Assembly (NCBI RefSeq): GCF_901765095.1
Contig: NC_044034.1
Span: 62,690,339 to 62,754,338, forward strand
Direction of reading: 5' to 3'
Origin: Microcaecilia unicolor
Lineage: Eukaryota
Length of the DNA stretch: 64,000 nucleotides
Of the stretch, positions 37,290 through 50,114 are shown piece by piece; the stretch's first letter is position 1; every line of letters starts with the position of its first letter. A program made the translations under genes and the position numbers. The notes beneath the pieces are model-generated. The model did not search any database, was not told where the DNA came from, and saw only the letters and a list, made by a program, of their open reading frames with translations.

Positions 37290-39600
37290 TAATGTGGCAC
37301 AAATGATTGTTTTGTTAAAACCGGGGAGGAACCCAGAAGATCCAGGGTCTTACCGCCCCATCTCTGTTAAATTATACGCAAAAATTCTGGCAAATAGATT
37401 GTCACACGTCCTCCCAGACTTGATATACCACCCCCAGGTGGGTTTTGTTAAAGGAAGATCAGTGGCTAAAAATATTTGAGCAATTTTGGCATCATTGGAG
37501 GTGGTGGAACGGTCGAAGGCACAGTCTCTTTTAAGTTTTAACAATTTTTATTGATGATTCAACAATATTTACATAACCGATAATTTAACCGGGAAAGAGT
37601 ACATCACACTTGGGATACATTCAGCCATATCTTGTATCATCAATGATTTTATCCTTTTCTCCCACCCCCCCACCCCTCCCAATCTTATCATCATATCCAA
37701 CAGGCTTGCGTGTACATTGTAACATGAATAACAAAAATAGCACTGAATCTTCCGATTACGCTTCGCAAGCAATATTTATATTGACTTCTTCCAAATTCCT
37801 TCTCTTCCCCTTCCCCTCCCCCTGGCACAGTCTCTTTTAATTAGTTGATGCAGTGAAAGCCTTCGATCGGGTCACCTGGCAATTCATGTTTGCTGTGCTG
37901 AGGAGGGTAGGCATATAGGGATTTTTTAGTGAGGCGGTAAGAGTGCTGTAGGCTGACCCAAGAGCATTTGTCTAGGCGAATGGAGAACGATCTGCAGTGT
38001 TTCCGTCACCACTGCTTTTCGTGCTTTCATTAGATCCCCTTATCAGAGAAATTAGCTCCCACCCACATATTTCGGGAGTGACTGTCGGGAACTCCATTTT
38101 TAAAATCTCAGCGTTAACAGATGATTTGTTGCTTCATATTAGTAATCCTTGCACATCTTTGGCGGCAGTTCTGGAGTTTTTTCACGAATATGGAGATTTT
38201 GAGGGATTTAAATTAAATCTCTCCAAGTCGCTAGCACTAGCCTCTATGCTGCAGGTAAAGCAGGAATAGGAAGTGGAATTTCCACTTAAACGAGTCTTTT
38301 AGATATTTAGGCATTCAACTTACAATAAAAGTGTCGTCCCTATTTCATTTAAACATCTCACGTTTATTAGAACACACTGTAGAATGTCTCACCAGATGGA
38401 GACCTCTACCACTGTCCCTACATGGACAGATACATTTATTTCAAATGGTGGAATTCCCAAGATGGCTTTTTGTTCTACAAACGTTACCACTGTGCATTTT
38501 TAGAAAAGATTTAACCGTGTTATATAAACATCTACGCAAATTTATCTGGGGGGGAGGCAAATCCAGAATGCCCTTTCACCTGATGTTGGGGTCGTGGAGG
38601 GAGGGAGGCCTGGGGGTCCCTAATTTAAGACGTTATAATCAAGCCTGTTTGCTTCGGCACCTAAGAGACTGGTTTTTAGATAGACAGGACTATACTCCAA
38701 GGGACCTAGAAATGGCCTTCTTTCATCCATGTCACTTATATTACTTATTGAAAGCCCCCAGGAAGGAGATCCCGGCAGGCATGAATATGAGTATGTTGTT
38801 AAGGCCTTTGAGGGAAGTTTGGAAAGATTTGACTAAGTACTGGGGAATTTCACAGGTGGCCTCTAATCTATTGCCCATATGGGGCAACCCAAGCTTTCTT
38901 CCGGGCTCAGACAATCCGCTGTTTCGAAAATGGGAGGCTATGGGTATCATGAGATTGGAGCATGTCTTAGATGCAAAGGGTGCTTTGTTGTCCCTGGGAG
39001 CTTTAGGTATTGGGATCAACTGCAGCAAAATGTATGCCTATATCCAACTGCCCATTATGTTCGTATGATTAGTAGTGAGTTATTGGGGGCTGCGCATAGC
39101 AGACGTATGAGAGCCTTTTTTCATTCTATTCCGGTAGAGCGTTTGTCGGTCTCTGGATTATATAAAGCACTAACACTTTTGGCTCCTCTCAAAAATAAGG
39201 GATCAATTAGAGATCGGTGGGCTTTGGACATGGGATGCACGGATCTGACATTAGATTTTGATCAGCTTTCGGCAGCCATCCCAGCTCTAGCTGTTAATGC
39301 GGACTTACGTACATGTCAGTATTGTATATTGCACAGAGCATATCTCAGGAAGGCTCAAATTTTCAATATGGGGGGAGTGGTGGAGCCTCTGTGTTCCAAA
39401 TGTAGAACTCAAGTGGGGACTTTTTTTCACTCTCTCTGGGAATGCCCGGTGGTCCAAAAATTTGGGGGGGGGGGGGGGGATATATTTCATTTTCTGGGAA
39501 AGCTGTTGAGGGTCCCAATCCTGTGTGTCTCGCTTGGAGTATTACTAGATAAATATAGACTTTTTGCCCTGCGGGGTAGAGGTGCTCAACTCTTGGTTAG
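37290..39600 (+). mobile_element. L1-like LINE RT fragment with frameshifts
   Basis: Three + strand ORFs carry L1-type RT blocks. 37294-37479 reads ...YRPISVKLYAKILANRLSHVLPDLIYHPQVGFVKGRS. 37997-38269 reads ...ISALTDDLLL.... 38331-39068 reads ..FIWGGGKSRMPFHLMLGSWREGGLGVPNLRRYNQACLLRHL. Confidence 0.65.
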
Positions 39601-39984
39601 AAAGGCCTGTCTCCTGGGCAAACAACTTATTTTATTTATTTATTTATTTATTGTTTGTACTTGTATCCCACATTTTCCCACCTCTTTGCGGGCTCAGTGT
39701 GGCTTACAATAAGATATGAATAATGAGAATACAGTTGTTACAAATTGGTTATGGGTTACATTGTACAAGTTATGCGAGATAATCGAATTATCATTAGGAA
39801 TATCACAATGGGACATCAACAGGGAGAGTTTGGGAGGAGACAATGGGAAGCTTAAGGGCAGTCTTAAGACACATAGGCACATGGTGTACATATTCCTGTA
39901 AGTATATGTATGAGTAATGTGGAATTAGGGGGATGAGAGATCATAAGTGGATGTGTGATGCATTTATGTAAGTGAGTGTGGGCT

Positions 39985-42900
39985 CTATGTGTTTTGGTTT
40001 TTTCCGTAAATTGTCTCAAATAGATGGGTCTTCAGTAATCTGTGGAAGGATGCTTGTTCGTGGATCGCTCTTAAGTTGCATGGCAGTGAGTTCCAACGTT
40101 GCGTGCTCGTGTGAGAAAAGGTTGACGCGTGTAGCGTCTTGTATTTCACGCCCTTGAAAGTAGGGAAATGGAGGTTGAGGTATGTTCGGGAAGATCTCCT
40201 AGCATTTCTGGGTGGTAGGTCAATCAACTCGGACATGTAGGCTGGGGCTTCGCCGTGAATGATCTTGTGGACTAGTGTGCATACCTTAAAGGTGATGCGT
40301 TCCTTCAGCGGAAGCCAGTGTAGTTTCTCTCGTAGTGGTGTTGCCCTTTCATATTTTGGTTTACCGAAGATGAGTCTGGCTGCTGTGTTCTGGGCTGTTT
40401 GAAGTTTCCTCAGTGTTTGCTCTTTGCAGCCTGCGTATAATGAGTTGCAGTAATCCAGATGGCTGAGGACGAGGGATTGCACTAGGCTACGAAAGACGAA
40501 TCTTGGGAAGAGTGGTCTTATCCTTTTCAGTTTCCACATGCAGTAGAACATCTTCTTAGTTGTGTTGTTTGCATGGGTTTCAAGTGTTATGTGGCGGTCG
40601 ATAGTGACTCTAAGAATTTTTAGCGTTTCTGAGATTGGAAGGTTTAGGTTTGGTGTATTTATCGCGTTGAATTCGTTGGTGTTGTATTGGGAGGTGAGTA
40701 CCAGGCATTGAGTTTTTTCTGCATTTAATTTCAGACGGAATGTGTCTGCCCATGTGTTCATGATGTTTAGGCTTTGATTGATTTCGTTGGAGATTTCTTT
40801 GATGTCTTGTTTGAAAGGGATATATATTGTCACATCATCAGCGTATATATGTGGATTGAGGTTATGGTTTGATAGGAGTTTTGCTAGAGGGATCATCATT
40901 AGGTTGAAAATAGTTGGTGAGAGGGGTGATCCTTGTGGGACTCCACATTCAGGTATCCATGCCTTGGACGTGGTTGAGTGTGATGTGACTTGATACGAGC
41001 GCATGGTTAGGAACCCCTTGAGCCAGCTTAGGACATTTCCTCCAATGCCGAAGTATTCAAGTATGTGTAGTAGGATTTCGTGGTCGACCATGTCGAAGGC
41101 GCTTGACATGTCAAATTGTAGGAGGAGTATATTGTTCCCGGTTGCTATTATTTGTTTAAATTTGGTCATAAGGGTGACTAGTACTGTTTCTGTGCTATGG
41201 TTCGACCGGAATCCGGATTGGGCATCATGCAGTATTGAGTGTTTGTTTAGATAGTTTGTGAGTTGTTTGGTTACCATCCCTTCAGTTAACTTAGTTATCA
41301 GTGGTATGGATGCTACTGGTCTGTAGTTGGTAATTTCGCTCAAGTTTTTCTTTGTATCCTTAGGAATTGGGGTGAGTAGGATTTTTCCTTTTTCTTTTGG
41401 GAAGAGTCCGTTTTGTAGCATGTAATTTACATGCTTCGTTAGGTCAATTGTGAATTGTTGAGGGGCTGATTTCATGAGGCTGTTTGGGCATGCGTCTAGT
41501 TTGCAGTTGGATTTGGCATATTTTTTGAGAGTATTAGAGATGAGGTCTTCTGGTATTGGTTCGAACTCGGTCCAGGTTCTGTCTGCTGGGTGTGCTCCTT
41601 CTTCTGGGTCCAGACAGTCTAGAAGAGTGGCGTATTCTATGGGACTGGTGGGTATTTTGTGTCGTAGTAGTATGATTTTTTCTTTGAAGTACTTCGCAAG
41701 GCTGTCGACGTCTGGTATGTTTTTACCGTTATTTGTAACTGGTGTGGTATCTAGCAGTTTGTTCACAAGGCTGAAGAGTTTGTGTGTGTCTTTGTAATTT
41801 GGTCCTATTATTGTTTTGTAGTGTTGTCTTTTTGTCTGTTTTATGGTGTATTTGTATTTTCTCCGAAGTCGTTTCCAGTCGTTTCGTGTTTGTTCGTCTT
41901 TCTTTTTGTTCCAAGCTCGTTCTAGTTTCCTGACTTGTGTTTTAAGTTTTTTCAGCTCTTCGGTGAACCATGGGTTTGCTTTTTTCCTGTGTGATGTTCT
42001 GGTTTGGGTTGGGGCGATTTTGTCTAATGTTGTTGTACATAGCTCATCCCATTCTTGGAGGAATTGGATGGTGTCAGCGTTTGTTGTCCATTCGTACTGG
42101 TAGATCTGTTGCCAGAATGTTGTGGAGTCTATTTTTCCTCTCGTTGTGTATGTTGTTCGCTCGGGTTTGTTGGTCGTGTTTAAGTGTGTTTTTCGCCAGC
42201 AGAGAGTGACATTTGCTTTATGGTGGTCTGACCATAGTGTAGGTGTCCAACTTGTGTCCGTGATCATGATATTTGAATCCGATTCGAATTTATTCGTTAT
42301 GATATCTAGTGTGTGTCCTTTTTCGTGAGTCGGTTGCATGTAAGGTGCTTGCAGATCCCAAAGTTTTAGGAATTCTTTGAACTCTCGTGTGCTTGGTGAG
42401 GTGTCATCTTCTAGGTGTAAGTTGATGTCTCCTAGTATGAGGATGTTTGAGGAAGATACGCAGGAATTCGAGACGAAATCCATGAGTTGTGTTTGGGAGT
42501 CTTGCCATTTCCCTGGAGGTCTGTAGAATAGGATTGTGTTGAGGTGGCCTGTTAGATTTGGATGGTTGATTCTTGTCGATGCAATTTTGAGATGTGGGGA
42601 GGTAGATTCACCCGTGATTGTGATGGTGAATTCAGGTTTGTAAATTATAGCTATTCCGCCTCCTCTTTTTATTCCATTCCTTGTCCAGTGGGTGATTTTG
42701 TATTCTGGTGGGCATATTTCTAAGATGGCTGGATCTGTAGGACTATGGAGCCAGGTTTCTGTGATAAATAGGAGGTCTAGTTTATCTGCGACGATCCAGT
42801 CTAGTATGTCTACTGAGTTCCTTACTGCTGATCTTGCATTGATGTATCCTAGATGAATTGAGCGATATGGTTCCAAGGGAGGGTTTGACGTGTTTATTTT

Positions 42901-43437
42901 TATTAGTTGTCTGTTCCTTCGGTGATTGAATTTGTTGTTGTTGTTGTTTTCCTCATTTTGTCGATTGTGCTCGTTTCCGGAGGCTATTCCTCTTGATTGG
43001 TTATTGTGTCTTTGGTTTGGTGGGTTGTCAAAAGGTTGTGCATATGATTGGTGGGTTGGTGGTGAGTGATTATGGGTGCTGTTTGGGGTGTTCATTGTGT
43101 CTGTGTGAGTGTTGTATGATTTGTAAGTAATTGGGTTGTTGTTGTCTGTGTTGTTTTGGTTTGTTAAGTTGTTCATAGGTTGTGCGTGGAGTTGGTGTGT
43201 TGTGGTTGGCTTGTTATCGATGCTCTTCAAGGTGGGCATTGTGTGTGTGTGAGTGCTGTGTAATTTGTGGGTTGTGGTGTTATTGTTGTCTGGGTCGTAG
43301 GTAATGTTTGCGTGAGAGAGTAGGGTGATGCAGAAAAAGGTTAGGAGTGTTTTACTGGTATTCATATCAGTATTTGAGGCGCTGTAGCAAGCAATCTGCA
43401 AGTTTATATTCAAAGCGAAGCAGGCCTGTAGTTGCAT
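39985..43437 (-). CDS. LINE ORF2-like polyprotein: endonuclease plus reverse transcriptase, 1150 aa, uninterrupted. The N-terminal ~170 aa are T/N/H-rich low complexity and may lie upstream of the true initiator.
   Basis: ORF-track translation. EN and RT motifs as listed for the parent element. No stops or frameshifts over 3.4 kb, which points to a young and potentially active copy. Confidence 0.8.
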   Translation of the reverse strand: MQLQACFALNINLQIACYSASNTDMNTSKTLLTFFCITLLSHANITYDPDNNNTTTHKLHSTHTHTMPTLKSIDNKPTTTHQLHAQPMNNLTNQNNTDNNNPITYKSYNTHTDTMNTPNSTHNHSPPTHQSYAQPFDNPPNQRHNNQSRGIASGNEHNRQNEENNNNNKFNHRRNRQLIKINTSNPPLEPYRSIHLGYINARSAVRNSVDILDWIVADKLDLLFITETWLHSPTDPAILEICPPEYKITHWTRNGIKRGGGIAIIYKPEFTITITGESTSPHLKIASTRINHPNLTGHLNTILFYRPPGKWQDSQTQLMDFVSNSCVSSSNILILGDINLHLEDDTSPSTREFKEFLKLWDLQAPYMQPTHEKGHTLDIITNKFESDSNIMITDTSWTPTLWSDHHKANVTLCWRKTHLNTTNKPERTTYTTRGKIDSTTFWQQIYQYEWTTNADTIQFLQEWDELCTTTLDKIAPTQTRTSHRKKANPWFTEELKKLKTQVRKLERAWNKKKDEQTRNDWKRLRRKYKYTIKQTKRQHYKTIIGPNYKDTHKLFSLVNKLLDTTPVTNNGKNIPDVDSLAKYFKEKIILLRHKIPTSPIEYATLLDCLDPEEGAHPADRTWTEFEPIPEDLISNTLKKYAKSNCKLDACPNSLMKSAPQQFTIDLTKHVNYMLQNGLFPKEKGKILLTPIPKDTKKNLSEITNYRPVASIPLITKLTEGMVTKQLTNYLNKHSILHDAQSGFRSNHSTETVLVTLMTKFKQIIATGNNILLLQFDMSSAFDMVDHEILLHILEYFGIGGNVLSWLKGFLTMRSYQVTSHSTTSKAWIPECGVPQGSPLSPTIFNLMMIPLAKLLSNHNLNPHIYADDVTIYIPFKQDIKEISNEINQSLNIMNTWADTFRLKLNAEKTQCLVLTSQYNTNEFNAINTPNLNLPISETLKILRVTIDRHITLETHANNTTKKMFYCMWKLKRIRPLFPRFVFRSLVQSLVLSHLDYCNSLYAGCKEQTLRKLQTAQNTAARLIFGKPKYERATPLREKLHWLPLKERITFKVCTLVHKIIHGEAPAYMSELIDLPPRNARRSSRTYLNLHFPTFKGVKYKTLHASTFSHTSTQRWNSLPCNLRAIHEQASFHRLLKTHLFETIYGKNQNT

Positions 43438-43570
43438 TTAAGCTTGGCAGCATTTCATGCTAGGTTAATCAGAGCAAGCACGCCTGTATTTACAATTAAA
43501 GCATAACAGTGAGCGTTATGTGTTGATCCAATTATCTCACTGTGCAAGGTGGCTCATTTGTCTGGAGGTC

Positions 43571-43722
43571 TTAAGCAAGCAGAGTGAGACAATTACATCT
43601 AGCATAAGCTGTAGCGGTGTAAGCAAGCAGAGTGAGATAATTACATTTAGCATGAAGCTGTAGCGGTGTAAGCAAGCAGAGTGAGATAATTACATTTAGC
43701 ATAAGGCTGTAGCGGTGTAAGT
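43571..43722. repeat. Tandem array of about three 50-bp monomers (gtaagcaagcagagtgagataattacatttagcataaggctgtagcggt) in the LINE 5' UTR
   Basis: Three consecutive near-identical units read directly in the sequence, lying 5' of the LINE ORF start in sense orientation. Confidence 0.7.
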
Positions 43723-44666
43723 TACAATTTTTCTTTGTTTTACAGTTGAACCAGGCTGTTCACTTGCCTTGTATTTAGATCGAGGCAAGGCAATAGCAAT
43801 TAAATCATTATAGAAGATAGTGTTATTTGGCTAAGCATCTTAGTTGCCTTCTATGTACAATTTTTAAGATAATTAAAGCATCTGCATTAAATACTACTAC
43901 TACTACTTAACATTCCCAGAGCGCTACCGGGGTTATGCAGCGCTGCACAAAATAAACAAAGAAGGACATAACAGAAAGTGATGCTACTGTGGCATAGCAG
44001 CTCTTTACCTTCTATTTAGTGCTAGCATAGCAGAGTATAAGCTGTAAGTCCTAGCCGACATCGGTGCATGCAGTGAGGCAAAGCAAGCAGTTAATTGTAG
44101 TAGTTTTTTGGTAGTTTTTGGTTTTTTTTTTTTGGCCTTCACCACGTGGTCCTGGGTTCCTATGTGGTTCGTCTACAATTCTGCAGCGCTCGGAGTGCAA
44201 GGGGTAGGCGCACCTCACGCCGCCTCGGAAATCCGTGGGTGCCTCGGTTGGGGGGGGACTAGTGATGTGGACTAGTGATCAACCACCAGAGTTTTGGCAT
44301 TGGTGCAGTCAGCTACATGAGCTTTTGTTATCGAAGCGCAGGTTGGTGGGAATGTCCCTCAAAAAGAAGAAACAGTTCTTGAAGATCTGGGACCCGTACA
44401 TTCAATATGTATCGCCTAGGGCACGCGGTTTTATTATGAATTCTCTTTCGGGATGATCCGGGGGGGGGGGGGGGGGGAGGAGGAAGAGGACCTCTGTGTT
44501 TTTTTGTTTTGGTTTGTTTTTTTGTGTGTGTTACTGCGAGGGGGGAGGGAGTTAGACTGATCTTTTACCAGTAAAGTTGGGGTGCTTTCGTGGGTGGGAC
44601 TTACAAGAGGGAAAGATGGGGAAGGGTCAGGGTGGGAAAGAAAATATGAAAAGGTGGATGATATAC

Positions 44667-46258
<1,592 letters not shown>

Positions 46259-46895
46259 TAAGTATTAGCCTGCACATATTTGAACAAAGTAGGCCTGCAC
46301 TTGGAACTCTACAGAAATTGCTGAAATATTGTTCTATTCATTGTGTTTAATATATCACCAGTAAAAACCGTTGAAACGTGATACTTGTGAGTAAGATAGT
46401 GGTGGAATAGTTTGTGCCCTGGTTTCTAGCAAATTGGGACATTTTTCAAACTTCTGTAATTATTTTACCCTAGTAGGTTACTTTTTTTGCAGCTACCTTA
46501 TTGGCAAAGACTCATTTGTAAGCAAATTTAGCTACAACACCGCAATGATAATAGTCAATGATGACTATTATTTTTAAAAAGACAAACATTTTTTATCATT
46601 TTCTCTAACACAGGGATCACCGTTCATTATTTTTTCATCTTCATTTTAACCATTGAGCTTAACATTTACTTTTGAAAACAGGATAATTTCTAATTTAATC
46701 ATACCTATAGCCACACAATTGTCAGAACTTGTTAGGAAATGTACAAGGTATTCCCTGTTTTTGTTCCATTAACACTGTGAAGTCCTATTCCCTGCACACC
46801 ATGTGAAACATCTCACCATTGTAATTGCCTTTGCTAACCTTTACTATCTGGTTCCAGTATTCACTATCAGCTTCAGACATCTTCTCTTTTTACAG

Positions 46896-47153
46896 ATCCC
46901 AAGGAAACTAAAAATGCCTTTGATGCATTTCGATTAACACCAGAGGAAAGGGGTGAATTTATAGAGAATTACAGGAAAAAAGAGGAGTCTGCATTTGACT
47001 GTAAACCAACAGACGAATCCAAAGCTAGAGAAAATAAGCAAGGATACAAAGAAAGGAGGAGTACAAGAGAGGAAACAGATACATGGTCGATCATTGCTTC
47101 AGAAGGGGACCAAGAGGTAGTAGACAGCGTGCATCAAGTGCAGGACAGTTCTG
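46896..47153 (+). CDS. MPHOSPH8: MPHOSPH8 coding exon 5 (..PKETKNAFDAFRLTPEERGEFIENYRKKEE...ETDTWSIIASEGDQEVVDSVHQVQDSSG)
   Basis: Matches human KEIRNAFDLFKLTPEEKNDVSENNRKREE...ETDTWAYIAAEGDQEVLDSVCQADENSDG. Acceptor ctctttttacag|AT. Donor TTCTG|gtgagt. Phase 1 to 1. Confidence 0.9.
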
Positions 47154-47475
47154 GTGAGTACAGGTTAAGATTTTTATTATTTTTAAAAAGCATACTCTTC
47201 CAGTTATTTGTAAGGCATGCTGTAGGATTGTTTGTCGGTAGCTGGTGAAATCCACTGGAAGATCTCTTCATTCTTCCCATTGCTAATACTCTTCCCCAAC
47301 CCAATTTGATCATCTTTCTCACTGGCAGCTGCCAGGTCCCTTCCCTTTGTGGAGCTAAGTGGTTGCGGTTTTGAGGACTGCTTGGTCCTCTGCCCCCATA
47401 GTTCTCAGCTCTCAGTCCGGTTAAGTACATAAGTATATAAGTATTGCCTTACAGAAAGACAGTATATCAAATTCC

Positions 47476-47507
47476 CCCCCCCCCCCCCCCCCCCCCCATT
47501 CCCCTTA
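47476..47507. repeat. Poly-C homopolymer of about 31 nt, one of many long G or C runs in the window. Others: poly-G at 1598-1620 and 44459-44477, poly-C at 12076-12091 and 14447-14460.
   Basis: Direct reading. Confidence 0.9.
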
Positions 47508-47986
47508 TTGAGCGTTCTGGAAGTCTGTTCTTTTTATTGTGTACCGGAGAGCACAGGTACAAGAGAACATTGAATATATGTTCAGAAATGATATGACAGC
47601 ATGTGATCATATTTGGTTCCCTGTTGAAGATATTTTTTGCAAAGTATGCTTTGAGGTATATGATGGGTGTTTGAATGAGAGACCACTCCTCCCCCAGAAG
47701 GACAATATCTTTCTGGCGTGGTCCTGGCAAGACAACATTTTCCCGCCTGTTAGTGTGTCATGGCTAATCACTGGTGGGTGGTTTTCACATATTTTGGGCA
47801 TGGGCAATGAACAGTCATTGATACATATATGTTGTGGGTCTGTGATTACCCTGGTTGTGTTGGTATGTGAAATATAATACTCATCTGTACTGTACTTAGT
47901 CAATATACTGAGAAAATTCCTATGTACTTGACAATTTTATAAGTTAGAAAATTGGATTTTTTTGTTTAAAAATATTTCTAATTTAG

Positions 47987-48109
47987 ATGACAAACAAGTT
48001 GTTAGCTTGGGCATGGACTTACAGTTGGAATGGATGACACTGGAGGACTTTCAGAAGCATCTTGATGGAAAAGATGAAATTCTTCCAACCACAGAACCCA
48101 TATCAAACA
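47987..48109 (+). CDS. MPHOSPH8: MPHOSPH8 coding exon 6 (DDKQVVSLGMDLQLEWMTLEDFQKHLDGKDEILPTTEPISN)
   Basis: Matches human RQQILSLGMDLQLEWMKLEDFQKHLDGKDENFAATDAIPSN. Acceptor ttctaatttag|AT. Donor CAAACA|gtaagt. Phase 1 to 1. Confidence 0.9.
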
Positions 48110-48200
48110 GTAAGTGATAGCCTTTTGGGGAAAGTATTCCTTTTTATACATGGGCAGAAACATGAAAATATTTAGAACTTATTGATTCTCTCTCCTATAG

Positions 48201-48289
48201 ATGCACTGAGGGACTCTGTTAAAAATGGAGACTACCTGACTGTGAAGTATGCACTTAATTCTAAAGAAGAATATAATTTAGAACAAGAG
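48201..48289 (+). CDS. MPHOSPH8: MPHOSPH8 coding exon 7 (NALRDSVKNGDYLTVKYALNSKEEYNLEQE)
   Basis: Matches human VLRDAVKNGDYITVKVALNSNEEYNLDQE. Acceptor tctctcctatag|AT. Donor CAAGAG|gtaact. Phase 1 to 0. Confidence 0.9.
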
Positions 48290-49146
48290 GTAACTGTTAT
48301 GTACATGATCTGTTTTCTAAGCTTGGAGGGCAGGATTAACATTATTATGGGTAAGGCTTTGAAATGATTTAAGTTCTCATAAAACATATTTCAGAACACA
48401 CAATGAAGGTGATGTTATAAACAGGGTGCTTAGGCAAGGAGCCTTTTGTACAATTGCCCATTGTTATATATGCTCCAAGGAAGAATCGGCACATACGTGA
48501 TTCTGTCTCTACTCTGCCCATTGTCTTTATTTAGAAACACCTGTGCATATAGAGGGTACATAACAGGGTGTGTAGTTTAAACCTATTATATAAAGAAAAG
48601 TAGGTACCTATTTTTCTTTATAAAATACAAACTCAAATGGGTGAAAAGGTGTGATCACTTAACTCAGTCCCATAGATGATACAAAAGTCTGGTTTATGTA
48701 TATGCGTGGGTGTTCCACCCGTACTGTGCCCAAATTCCGGCTATCTGTATGCCCACCAGCAAAGTATGTGTTATCAAATCATGGTGCTTACTTTTCCACT
48801 AGTCAATATAGGCCAATTATGCATGCAAATGACTAGAATGTGGCTTCTTATAAAATTTCTGCCATATTGTGTAAGATTAGGTGTTCTGTTTTCTAAAAAC
48901 CTGCTTTTATTCACATATACACCTGGGCAATTGAGCATGTAAGACATTGTTATAAAATTACCTCCAGTATATAATTGTGCTTTGTTTTGATTGCTGCAAA
49001 CCTGATTTTGTAATTTTAATGGTTATTTCCTGTTGTGTTTGCTTCCAACAATACTTTTCAGTCTTTAAATTTAGTTACCTGCACAAAAGTTCATAAACCA
49101 CATCTTAGAAGATAGAATTTTAATTTGTAGAATGCAATTATTTCAG

Positions 49147-49287
49147 GATTCAAGCGGAATGACTCTAGTAATGCTTGCTGCAGCCGGTGGACATGATGAC
49201 CTCCTTCGACTCCTTATTAAGAAAGGGGCAAAGGTGAATGCTAGACAAAAGAATGGAAACACAGCCTTAATACATGCGGCTGAAAAA
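49147..49287 (+). CDS. MPHOSPH8: MPHOSPH8 coding exon 8 (first ankyrin repeat: DSSGMTLVMLAAAGGHDDLLRLLIKKGAKVNARQKNGNTALIHAAEK)
   Basis: 46 of 47 residues are identical or similar to human DSSGMTLVMLAAAGGQDDLLRLLITKGAKVNGRQKNGTTALIHAAEK. Acceptor caattatttcag|GAT. Donor TGAAAAA|gtaagt. Phase 0. Confidence 0.92.
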
Positions 49288-50114
49288 GTAAGTTGCCACT
49301 GCTTCATTAAAGCATCATTGTGGTAATCTGCTGCTGTATGTGGGTTTCCTGGTGTCTGCTTGTTCCAGTTCATACTTTGGGAATTTTAGGTGTTCTTATA
49401 AAAAGCATTGCAAGAACACTTTATGGTGATATCTTGTCCATAAATCTTTGGCCTATTTTCACAGCCAAAACAATGCAAGGTACTGTCTTGTACTTTGGGA
49501 GGATCTAAAAAAAATGTGGTGTTCCAGTTCCATATCACAAGTTTCTGGCTTGTGTGCACTGTCAACAATGGACAGTTCAATGCTTATAAAAATTCTCTTT
49601 GTAAATAAACCATATCTTCTCTCTTTGTTTTATCATAGGACCTGATCACACTGTAGTTCCATGATAAAATAGAGAGAGAAGAGCTGGTTTATATACAGAG
49701 TGATTATGCTCTAGCTCTTCTGGATTTGTGATTGCTTTGGAGTTTATGCTTATAAGAATACCATATGAATATAGTTTGTCTTCAGTGAGTATATACCTAT
49801 CTATTGTATTTGATTACACACCTCCTTAGAAAGTTTGAAGCGTTGTACAATAACATTTTCATAAAATAACATCATAGTAAAATAAATTACAATAATCCTT
49901 CCCCCTTCTCAACTGTCCATAATTTGTATCTTCCTGTTCAACCTGAACTCTATATTAGTTACCAGATAAAAAAAAATCACTTTTTTTTTCATGCACTCCA
50001 CTATAAAGAGAGAGATTCCAGGTATATATTTGATGTAATAAGAGTGGGACAGTATCATAAAATGGGAGATCACATAATGTAAAAGATGTGCAGAACAGGC
50101 ATACATGCTCTAGC

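Larger units (their letters stand above)
39630..43740 (-). mobile_element. Apparently full-length L2/CR1-superfamily (Jockey-group) non-LTR retrotransposon. Its 3' UTR ends in an (AAAT)n-type microsatellite at 39633-39655. Its 5' UTR carries about 50-bp tandem monomers at 43571-43722.
   Basis: A single 1150-aa ORF holds an APE-type endonuclease (LLFITETW..GDINLH..) and an RT (FDMSSAFD, YADD). The C-terminus has the L2-type motif HLDYCNSLYAG..LQ.AQN.AARLI. The 3' end terminates in tttatttatttatttatttatt on the + strand, which is an AAAT-type repeat on the sense strand. Confidence 0.8.
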
